A stretch of DNA of 63,711 nucleotides, the filler included, from Octopus bimaculoides (Eukaryota), in the NCBI RefSeq assembly GCF_001194135.2. It is 7 parts of 6 records of this genome, joined end to end, with 100 filler letters (N's around TTAATTAATTAA, not from the genome) between each part and the next. Parts side by side here need not be neighbours in the genome. Positions count along the whole stretch, not along the records: positions 23,950 to 48,667 come from NC_068993.1; positions 48,768 to 52,473 come from NC_068982.1; 5 more parts are not named here. One strand, written 5' to 3'. Shown here one piece after another: positions 38,940 to 49,834 of this stretch (positions within the stretch are counted from its first letter, which is position 1; each line of letters opens with the position of its first letter). The notes under the pieces are model-generated. The model searched no databases. It was not told where the DNA came from and was given only the letters and a program-made list of their open reading frames with translations. Position numbers and translations under genes: made by a program.

Positions 38940-41540
38940 AAATATACGTATCATATACTATATAATACACTCACTCACACACATAGACATATGTAGGAAA
39001 CCTTCACTTTACGTAAGTAATGCGTTCCTGAAAATTTGAACGTGATGCAAAATTCTGTAATGAGAAGTTAGTTTTCCCATTGTTTGTCATATTACAGAGG
39101 AAGATTCTGTTCATACGGACATTTTTGAAAAAAAGAGAACGCAAAATAAACAACGAACCACAAGAAAATAATAGAACAAACAGCACAATCACCTTTATGC
39201 ATGAAAATAACTATGTCTAAAGATACACAGTACTATATAGACACGTATAAACACTAAAATATTTTACGAAGATCCTCTGTTCCAAACAAGAAATATTTCT
39301 CATTCGCCCGAAAGATTCCAAATTCTCATGACGTCAACATTATGCATGAGTGTGTGCAGGTGTGTACATGTGCATGTATGTGTGTGTGAGTTTGTGTGTG
39401 TGTGCATGTGTGCGCGCGCGAACGCGTGTAATGGACCTTCGTGCCGTAGGTTTGTTGTTGCAGAATACGCATAGAAGTTGAAAAGTCCACTGTTCCATTT
39501 GCTAGAAGGAGTTACAAAACTGCAGAGGTAGGAGAGAACTATGGCATATCTGTTATTAGAAATTCTTCAGACAGTTAGCCTAGTTAAATATAACTGGTGA
39601 GGCTGTATTGGCTACATTGTATTCATTGGTTTTGTTTTATCCATTTCGCTAAGAGGGAATAAATGTACTAGCATGAGAGATTAAAGAAGAGAATAGATGA
39701 TCACGAATAAGGGATTAGAAAACTAAAGAGTAAGATAACCTTAGAAGCAAAAAAGGAATCGTGCATTGAAAAATAGAATTGAGAAGCAAAAGAATAAATA
39801 AAAAATAAGGGAGAGTGGAGAGAAAGAGTGGATGACAAAGAGCAGATGGAGAGATTGAAGGAGAGAATAATATATAATTAAGCTTCCCTTAAGACTGACG
39901 TCCAAGGTTGGCATTATCACCGGGTTTAGGGATATAGGCAAGTAATTTTCAGTTTTCAGACTAACGTTATAGAAAAAAAGCAAATTCATCTGCTAGAATA
40001 TATGAACAATTTTATCAAAAGAAAAATGATCTACAAATCTATCCGAGTAGTGAGGTGAAACTAGCGAACAAATTCTGAGAGTTAGCATTGTAATGGGTAA
40101 TCGAAACGTAACCGTTAGGTAAACGATCGGACACCACGACCGAACCACGATAGTTTCACGTGATCGGTCTATTAAGCAGTCTGTCAGCGTGAAGCTGTCG
40201 CTTGATTAAATCTTCTATAACTTGTTCTCTTAAACGTTCGCGAGTGTTGTCATCTTTCTTCTTCACGTAGACAAGAAACATATTTTCATTTTTAAACTCA
40301 ACTAGCTACCATAACAGCAACGAAGAAACATCATAATATCACTTCTGATAGTATCTCGTGAGTGACTGAAAGTAAAAATATAGAATATAGAAGTAACCAC
40401 ATAAAGTTAGCAAAATTATGTAGAATATGTTTAACAAAAAAACATTTTAGTAAGCTTCACTTCTTGGAAGGACAATAAATTTAACATAATATAATTCAAA
40501 GAGCAAAAGCTTTTGACCAAATGTTTGAGCGGCTACTTAAAAAATTCCGAATTAACCATTAGAATAAATGCGGGACTGACCCGAGTACTTATGTGAAGAC
40601 AGGAAGGAAATATCTAGTGCCAGAATGTGTTAGTGTATTTGATACAAACATTGATTGCGACTGAAGTAGTCACAAAGATTTAGTACCAAAAAAGAAATGT
40701 ATATGTATAAAAATAATAGGTTTAACAAAGTGAAATATAATTCACTTTAAGGTAAAAATATCACCTGACAGCTATGAACTGAAAATGAATTACTATAATA
40801 ATTGTAGAAGTACACTGTCTGTTTCCGTTCTACGAAACCTTGATTTTCTGTGTCAGTCTTTAGGCATTACTATATTTTATTTGCTTCTGGTAATTATCGT
40901 TTATTTTAAATGCATTTATAAAGTTTCCTTGTAAGTCATGTTGTGAAAGAAAAAGAAGAAGTAGCAAATAAGAAAAATACAAATGTAAAAATCACATACT
41001 TAGTNNNNNNNNNNNNNNNNNNNNNNNNNNNNNNNNNNNNNNNNNNNNNNNNNNNNNNNNNNNNNNNNNNNNNNNNNNNNNNNNNNNNNNNNNNNNNNNN
41101 NNNNNNNNNNNNNNNNNNNNNNNNNNNNNNNNNNNNNNNNNNNNNNNNNNNNNNNNNNNNNNNNNNNNNNNNNNNNNNNNNNNNNNNNNNNNNNNNNNNN
41201 NNNNNNNNNNNNNNNNNNNNNNNNNNNNNNNNNNNNNNNNNNNNNNNNNNNNNNNNNNNNNNNNNNNNNNNNNNNNNNNNNNNNNNNNNNNNNNNNNNNN
41301 NNNNNNNNNNNNNNNNNNNNNNNNNNNNNNNNNNNNNNNNNNNNNNNNNNNNNNNNNNNNNNNNNNNNNNNNNNNNNNNNNNNNNNNNNNNNNNNNNNNN
41401 NNNNNNNNNNNNNNNNNNNNNNNNNNNNNNNNNNNNNNNNNNNNNNNNNNNNNNNNNNNNNNNNNTATATATATATATATATATATTCACATCAAGTATC
41501 TTGCTAACGAAATATAACAACGAATCACATATATATGTAT

Positions 41541-41820
41541 ATAGGTTGTGTGGTAAGGATTTTACTTCCCAACCACATGGTTCTGGGTTCAGTCCCGCTG
41601 TGTGGCACCGCGGGCAAGTGTCTTCTATAACCTCGAGCAGACGAAAGATTTGTGACTGGATATGATAGACAGAAACTGAAAGAAGCCTCTCGTATATACA
41701 TGCGTGCGCATATATGTATGTGTGTAAGTGTACGCGCGTGTGTGTGTGCGTATTTGTCTCCCACCACCGCTTGATAACCGGTGTTGGTGCATTCATATCC
41801 CCGTAATTTAGCAGTTCAGG
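41541..41820 (+). mobile_element. Composite SINE (C head + microsatellite + start of A module), 3'-truncated
   Basis: Same architecture as 21433-21791. Confidence 0.8.
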
Positions 41821-42993
41821 AAACATGCATATATATGAAAAAGAGAGGATAAAAGAACAGAGGTGAATAGAAATCGAAAAGTAAATAGTTAAATTAGGCA
41901 AGATGTAAAGATAAAAGCCAGTTACAGACATATAAAGAGACCAATAAGAGAGAAATATTGAATAAAACAATACAATGGTTGACACACACAGCATAGGCAG
42001 ACACACTCAACTTTACATTAAGAATCACGCAGAAACTAAAAGTGCGATTAATAGAAAACAAATGGTATATAAATAAACGCATATAGAATAGACAGATATA
42101 CGGGAGATGGTGACATCCTATGTTCCGGAGAAACAATAGTAGATTGAAATATGATTATGCTTCTCGTTACAATAAATAAGGCAAGAAGACTGAAAGAAAA
42201 TTTCCAGTATAATCACATGGCCAAAACATAGACTTGGTGTGGGAAAAAAATCTTATGAGTATACTCCATGTCCACGCCAAAATGGATAGCTTGATTTCAG
42301 AGCCGTTATTAACTGAGAGTATTACTTGTAACTTCACAGGAAATGTTTGTTGGTTCATAACTGAAAATACTGAATAGTAATACTTTAGGTGCTTTAAACA
42401 TGCATATTCTTCATTATGCAGAGTTTCTAGCTTTTGTGATACGGTTGGTGTACAGTAATAGTCATATTATATTAATGTGATCATGGACATTGCTTGAAGA
42501 GGAACTGAAGCTTAGAGAATTCATATTCTTGCGGAAACAGTACTGCTTGCGTTGTTCATTTCTGGAGTGGGCGAGGTGAAGATTTCAGCCGAGTAGAGTA
42601 AACTAGCGAAACACCTGTTACTGCTATTTATTTCCAAATGCATGAACAGAAAATTGAATGTTTTTTGGCATAGGTCAGCTGGAAATGCTCAGCGAAGTAG
42701 ATGCCATCTCGCCCAAGCTGAGTCAACGCAGAACGTTAGTCACTGATAAACACGTTGCACAAAAAACCAACTTCACTTCAGTTTATGCCAGTACATAATA
42801 TACTATAGGGTGCAAAGTCTTTGTCATATCTTTCTAAAAATCGTATTTGGTTTAGGCAAAAGGCCACACATTTGAGGGAATGGAGATAGTCTAGTCTATA
42901 CCATCGACTAAACTACTTGACTACTAATGTATTTTAGCGACTACAAAAAATGAAAGACGAATGTACCTCAATATATGTGTATGTATGCATGTA

Positions 42994-43320
42994 TGTGAAA
43001 GCACGTGGCTCAGTGGTTAGAGAGTCGGGCTTACAATTGTACACTATGGTTTCGATTTCCGGACCGGGCTGTGTGTAGGTTCTCAGCAAGACATTCATTT
43101 TCACGTTGCTCCAGTTGACTTAGCTTGTACAAATGACTTGTTACGTCAATAGTTCCAAGTTGTATCGGCCTTTGCCTTTCTCTTGGACAACATCGGTGGC
43201 ATGGAGAAGGAAAACAGCTATGCATGGGTGAGTGTTGGTCTTCCACAAACAACTTTAGCGGGACCTGTGCCTCGGAGAGAAAATTTCTGTGCAATCCCAT
43301 TGGAATTCTTGACCGAAATG
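42994..43320 (+). mobile_element. tRNA-derived SINE family E
   Basis: gtgaaagcacgtggctcagtggttagag (A box), ggtttcgatttcc (B box), agcaagacattcattttcacgttgctccag. Confidence 0.7.
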
Positions 43321-43349
43321 CACTTGTATATTTTATGTATGTATGTATG

Positions 43350-43378
<29 letters not shown>

Positions 43379-43381
<3 letters not shown>

Positions 43382-43593
43382 AAGTGTAGTATATTGCCAC
43401 TTAAGTGTGGCTGACCCCTAGGGGTGGATGTTACTGTTGCTTTTAGCCCCAGGAGGACATCTCCTCCAGCTGGTTTGACACAGTAGTGTGTCGATAAGCC
43501 AGCTGGAGGAGATGTCCTCCTGGGGCTAAAAGCAACGGTAACATCCACCCCTAGGGGTCAGCCACACTTAAGTGGCAATATACTACACTTTAT
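43379..43593. repeat. Near-perfect 215-nt palindrome/hairpin (95-bp arms, 1 mismatch)
   Basis: 43379-43473 is the reverse complement of 43499-43593 except one T/G; the 25-nt centre pairs further around a GTAG tetraloop with a 3-nt bulge. Confidence 0.97.
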
Positions 43594-43735
43594 CGTGCAG
43601 TTACTGTTAATACTTCATTTAGAGAATTAACATATATATATATATACACACATATACACGCACACGCACACACACACACACACATACATAGACACACACA
43701 CACACACATATATATATATACATATATATGGATAG

Positions 43736-44063
43736 TAATAAATGGAGCAAAACGCATGTCAATGAAATTTCCTTTAATTCCTACATATATGTTTCGAAAT
43801 AAATGATAGTACTTTCACAAAGAAGAAAGAGCTGCTGGGGTCCCTCATTTATTTCTCTTCAGGGAATTCATAATAAAACATGTAATAGCAAGACAAAACC
43901 GAAATAATGGGGTAACTTACGAGCTGAGATGTTACATGATCAGTGACCGTTAGAAGGTTTGTTTCCATATGTAATGTTTTGTGAAAGAACTATCACTTAT
44001 TTCGAAACATATATGTAGGAATTAAAGGAACTTTCATTGACATGTGTTTTTCTCCATTTATTA
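43736..44063. repeat. Inverted repeat, 86-bp arms (81/86 complementary), 156-bp spacer
   Basis: 43736-43821 vs 43978-44063. Confidence 0.95.
43776..43868 (-). ncRNA. Type I hammerhead ribozyme fold with all conserved core nucleotides
   Basis: AAUUCC CUGAAGA GAAAUAAAUGA [38-nt loop] UCAUUUAUUUC GAA ACAUAUAUGU A GGAAUU: 6-bp stem I, 11-bp stem II with G10.1-C11.1, palindromic stem III, GUA triplet; predicted cut between 43782 and 43781. Confidence 0.85.
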
Positions 44064-45310
44064 TTACCCATATCTTCTCAAAATGCATCACTTTAACTCG
44101 GTATATCAACCTGTAAAGCGGCTGGGATATCTTGTTTTTTAGTGTTATTTTGCTACCTCTGGTAACTATTAACGTATTTAAATTATCGAAAGTTTTAATA
44201 ACTGAGATAATATTGATATATACATAAACTAATACACACACACANNNNNNNNNNNNNNNNNNNNNNNNNNNNNNNNNNNNNNNNNNNNNNNNNNNNNNNN
44301 NNNNNNNNNNNNNNNNNNNNNNNNNNNNNNNNNNNNNNNNNNNNNNNNNNNNNNNNNNNNNNNNNNNNNNNNNNNNNNNNNNNNNNNNNNNNNNNNNNNN
44401 NNNNNNNNNNNNNNNNNNNNNNNNNNNNNNNNNNNNNNNNNNNNNNNNNNNNNNNNNNNNNNNNNNNNNNNNNNNNNNNNNNNNNNNNNNNNNNNNNNNN
44501 NNNNNNNNNNNNNNNNNNNNNNNNNNNNNNNNNNNNNNNNNNNNNNNNNNNNNNNNNNNNNNNNNNNNNNNNNNNNNNNNNNNNNNNNNNNNNNNNNNNN
44601 NNNNNNNNNNNNNNNNNNNNNNNNNNNNNNNNNNNNNNNNNNNNNNNNNNNNNNNNNNNNNNNNNNNNNNNNNNNNNNNNNNNNNNNNNNNNNNNNNNNN
44701 NNNNNNNNNNNNNNNNNNNNNNNNNNNNNNNNTACATATACACACCAGCTTAATTTAATTCGTCCTTAGTCGAAAGACGTGTTGTTATGTCCTTTTATCT
44801 TTATTGTGTTTGTGTAACATTGTTCGTTTTTTTCCGTCCTTGTTTTTGTATACATTCGCTGTTTCTTCCAAGGAATCTAATGCTCTTAGCTTAATTTTTC
44901 CTTGGGTCTGGTCAGATTGGATCAATATCGAGAATAACCAGCCGAAATTGCAAAGATAATCTGGATCTCGACTGAGGAAAGAAAACTGCGAATGACCTGT
45001 CCTTGTTTCCTTGTATCGTCTATCTGGATTTTTTATCCCTTTCTTGTATCACCTAACTGTCTGGATGTTTTGCGTTCTTGTCCCATCCTTTATTATTTAT
45101 TTTGTTTATTTTGTCTATTTTCATTTGTCTTGCCTGTTCATGTTCTGGTGCGCGCTGAATTTCCTCAAAGAACATTCTTTTCTTTTGTGGTTTGACCGTT
45201 GATGGTCGGTTTGTAGCGTAAAGGATGTCCACTTAGTGGTCATCCCCTCTCACATGTATGTAATATAATTTTTCTGAATTTTCTGAATTTTCTTTATGCT
45301 AGGCCACTGG

Positions 45311-45460
45311 TTTTAGATCCCCGTAATTTAGCGGTTCGGCAAAAGAGACTGATAGAATAAGTATTAGGCTTATAAAGAATAAGTCCTGGGGTCGGTTTGC
45401 TCGACTAAAGGCGGTGCTCTAGCATGGCTACAGTAAAATGACTGAAATAAGTAAAAGAGA
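45311..45460 (+). mobile_element. SINE family A, 3' module
   Basis: ccccgtaatttagcggttcggcaaaagagactgatagaataagt..gtcctggggtcggtttgctcgactaaaggcggtgctc. Confidence 0.85.
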
Positions 45461-45779
45461 GCCTTCTAGGATTTAGTCAAATTCTTATATTTCTACCGTC
45501 TACTCTAGCATTCACTCTTGCATTCAACATTCGGATGTGGATTAAACAAGCTATACGTCTTCACTCCATCTTTATGAGACTGTGTTTGGTTAAGAAGAAA
45601 TTATTGATTTTTGTAACATAAAATTCTTGTCTATACTCCGCTTGGTGACGTCCTTATCAAGTACTATCCGCTTTCCGTGGAACATTCCTAGGTGAGTACA
45701 AATGTGGTTTCATTTTGTTATCATATGGCCAAAGCACGTTTCTCGGTTATGTCTTTTGTGAGAATACAATAAAACAAAG

Positions 45780-46190
45780 CTACAAAGAGAGGGATCGAAG
45801 GAGAGTGAGAGAGAGAAAGAATGAAAGCCTGAGTAAGAGAGAGAGTGTGAGAAGGAGACGGGAAGGAAAAGAGGGAGAGAGAAGGAATGAGAGGAAGAAA
45901 GAGAGAGAGGGAGAGAGGGAGAAAAAGGCAGAAGGAGTGATAAGAAAAGAAGGGAAGTGAGAGAGAGAGAATGAGAACTTGGGGAAGAGACGGTGAGGAG
46001 ACGGAAACGGAGAGAGAGAAGGGGAGAGAATGAGAAGGAAAGACAGAGAGTGGAGAAAGAGAGTGAAGGAGACATGCAGAAAGAGAGATAAGAAGAGCAG
46101 GGAAGAGAGATAGACATAAAGAGGGAAAGATTGTGAGAGTGAGAAATAGCGAGACAGAGAGAGAAAGTAGCACGAAGCAGGAGCATTTCT
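45780..46190. repeat. GA-rich low-complexity tract (similar ones at ~8690-9060, 21040-21420, 22050-22650)
   Basis: Almost entirely purine on the + strand. Confidence 0.8.
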
Positions 46191-47783
46191 TTTATCATTT
46201 TACTAGTACTTTGTTCTTTGAGAGGATAAAACTGACATCACCTTGATTGAAATTTCGAATGCATAGATCTATTACATCAACCCCAGTGTACAACTGGTAC
46301 CTATTTTATTGACCCCAAAATGATGAAAGGCAAAATCAGCCTCTACCAGTGATATTAACCCTTATTCCAAGCAGTAAAATGTTTTAGGAGTCTCAGTGTA
46401 TGCTATGAGATGGCAGTTTTCAGCTTTCTGCATTTTAAATTCTAATAAAAGCGAGTTTTATTTACGCCTTGTCTCCTTCGCAGCGGCTGTTACAATCAGC
46501 AGCCCTCAATACTGGGTTTCATTAAACCGACTGTTCTTTCCTAAATGTGTAGCATTATGTATTTCGTTACAACAATTTAGCTACGGCAAATACTGCTGTT
46601 TTACTTTCACTTGTGTCATCATATTCTTTGTCAATGCCTATGTGGATTTTCTTGTAAACTAATCGAGGGCTGAGCTTGTAAAATCACATGTATCTTTTTG
46701 GCCAAGGATGAAGTTGACAATAAAAGAAATCCCCAGCATTCGACAGGTAACAAAACTCACATATTCATGTCTATATATACATACGCACATGTGCATGTGT
46801 GTGCATGTGTGTGTAAGTGTGTGTAAGCGTGTGTAAGTGTGCACGAATTCGTATAAGTGTGAGAGAAATTGATCAGAGATTATCAGGCGTGTACACACAC
46901 ACACACACACATACACACACACACACGCATGCACACATACACACATGCACACACACAATTACACACACAAGCACACTCACGCACACACACACACACACAT
47001 ACACAGAGAGGCAATTTGATTGAAAATGAATCAATAATTAATAGATTAAGAATACAGATATATACACGGAAAAGAAATTAGAAAAATGCGTGAAGCATAG
47101 TAGAAAGAATGTAATTGTTTGATGAAAATACAAATTCAAGAATCTATAACATGAATGATTAAACAGGGAAGTATCACTAGAAAATGCAATAAAAAATACA
47201 TATATACATATATTTATATATCATGTCTTAGAAAATCTCTTAAGAAAAAATAAGCAGTCAGACAATTTCATAAGCTTCTAGATTATTATTAGATTGCAAA
47301 TGGCTGACACAATGCTGTTTGCCTCTCACTCAACATTAAACAATTGCCCATCTCTTGTCAACAGCAGCATACAATTACGAAGCTATATCATCTCGTTAAT
47401 TGTCAGATTAAAGTGAAGGTGAAGGAGATCAAGGAGGATGTCCAAAGGCAGGACTAGTCCGTACAGCACACTTAAATGTCATAAAATTTGACATGTACAT
47501 CATGATACATGTGCATTGTAACAAAGTTGTCGGCCATACTTGAGTTCATTCAACAACCGTTGCATTTTAATACCTAATATTGCTCTTTCTAACACACCTT
47601 TCTGCACAAGCACAGATGCAGACACACACATATGCCACAACACCAAAATGCAGAACCACTTCTGTATATATATATATATATATATNNNNNNNNNNNNNNN
47701 NNNNNNNNNNNNNNNNNNNNNNNNNNNNNNNNNNNNNNNNNNNNNNNNNNNNNNNNNNNNNNNNNNNNNNNNNNNNNNNNNNN

Positions 47784-47832
<49 letters not shown>

Positions 47833-48352
47833 ATGTGTGTGTGTGTGTGTGTGTGAGTGTGTGTATGTGTGTGTGTATTTGTGTGTGTATGACAGAAGTA
47901 GATAGTTATAAAAGAACATGAATGAATCAGGAATTCAGATTCCAGTTGATGTGATGTAATTTGAAGCGGTACATTTTTTAAAAATATTTTACAGTGCGAA
48001 CGTGGGTCACTTCCTTAAGAAAACATCGGCTGATCAAGGGGAAAATGTTTAATAATGGCTAATCTCACGGTTTAATGATGGCGAATCTCACTAATATTAT
48101 GAGGATGTCAATTCGGCCCAGTGTGCCGCCATGTTGGTCTTTGACATATTGAGACTGCTTCTTGTCATTATACACTCTCCAGTGACCGTTTAGGCTCTCC
48201 GCTGCACTCCTAGAGTATCCTTAATGTATGCTGTGTTTCTTTCTTTACAAACTTCGTATATGCACCGTCTACTGTAGACTACATTCCTAATTATGCAATT
48301 AACATTGCGTTTAAACTTACAAACTATACAATTTTTTAGTGTGTGTGTATAT

Positions 48353-48391
48353 ATAATAATAATGATAATAATAATAATAATAATAATAATG

Positions 48392-48435
<44 letters not shown>
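48353..48435. repeat. (AAT)n microsatellite
   Basis: Directly visible. Confidence 0.95.
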
Positions 48436-48667
48436 TTTTTCAGACAAAAATCATGCCTCCTCATTGATATGACTGTCCCAATCGATATAAACGTATCTGT
48501 GAAGACCTACCAAAAACTGAGCAAATATAAAGATCTTGAAATAGAAATTAGCAAAATGTGGAATCTGAAGACGAAAACAATACCTATTGTCATAGGTGTC
48601 CTGGGAATGACAGCGAAACGGGCTGATTACTACCTAGCTCAGATACCAGGAAACCCCAAAATGGCTG
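48436..48667 (+). mobile_element. 5'-truncated R4/Dong-type retrotransposon, restriction-like endonuclease C-terminus
   Basis: KSCLLIDMTVPIDINVSVKTYQKLSKYKDLEIEISKMWNLKTKTIPIVIGVLG matches the RLE pattern ID..VP.D..K..KY..L..E...W....P.V.G.LG; starts directly after (AAT)n. Confidence 0.85.
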
Positions 48668-48785
48668 NNNNNNNNNNNNNNNNNNNNNNNNNNNNNNNNN
48701 NNNNNNNNNNNTTAATTAATTAANNNNNNNNNNNNNNNNNNNNNNNNNNNNNNNNNNNNNNNNNNNNCTATATTATATATATATA

Positions 48786-48902
48786 CGACGGGCGCATTTC
48801 AATTTCCGTCTACCAAATCCACTCGCAAGGCTTTGGTCAGCCCGAGGCGATAGTAAAAGTCATATGGTTGGGAAGCAAGCTTCTTACTACACTGCCACGC
48901 TT
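48786..48902 (-). mobile_element. SINE family C head, internally deleted
   Basis: tttccgtctaccaaatccactcgcaaggctttggtc..catatggttgggaagcaagcttctt..gccacgc. Confidence 0.75.
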
Positions 48903-49428
48903 CCCGAAGACATATTTCTGTAAAATGCCATTCAATGGTTGACATTTTTAGGAGGGATATGTGGAGACAATGCTGGGAAGGGGCGATGGGATGAAATTCT
49001 TACAAAATAATTACATTAAATATCATGTGCATAATCGTAATGTACACCCTGGAATACATATTTCAGTTTAATTTCTTTAAAAAAATATGGAACTCTTAGA
49101 AAGCGTCAAGGAAACGAAATTCCAGGAACGAACACCAAGCTAGATATAACACATGTGGATGTGTGTGAGTGTGTGTGCGTGTGTGTGAGTGTGTGTGTGT
49201 GTGTGTGTATGTGCGTCGGTGCGTGTTAGTGTCCACGTGCGTGCGTGTGTGTGCATGCGTACGCGTGTATACATATATATGCACATGCACATATATATAC
49301 ATGTATGTATACGTGGATATATATAAGTACGTATGTATATATGTACAGCCACACAACTCCCCTTCTCTCTTTCTTTTTTCTTCTTTGTGTGTTCTAAGAA
49401 AGCTACAAATGATTTTCCAGCATGTAAC

Positions 49429-49488
<60 letters not shown>

Positions 49489-49834
49489 CATATATACATA
49501 CAGACATACACACATATATATATATATATATATTCATACATATATACATACATATACATATACATACATATATACATATATATATATATACATATATACA
49601 TATATATATATATNNNNNNNNNNNNNNNNNNNNNNNNNNNNNNNNNNNNNNNNNNNNNNNNNNNNNNNNNNNNNNNNNNNNNNNNNNNNNNNNNNNNNNN
49701 NNNNNNNNNNNNNNNNNNNNNNNNNNNNNNNNNNNNNNNNNNNNNNNNNNNNNNNNNNNNNNNNNNNNNNNNNNNNNNNNNNNNNNNNNNNNNNNNNNNN
49801 NNNNATATATATATATATATATATATACACACGT

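Noticed and set aside
44750-45200. Pyrimidine-rich block that looks like an interspersed repeat
   Set aside because: Single copy in the window, with no termini, ORF or ribozyme core I can demonstrate.
48343-48723. Poly-Asn protein fused to an endonuclease domain
   Set aside because: Chance in-frame read-through from the (AAT)n target into a truncated retrotransposon; not a gene.
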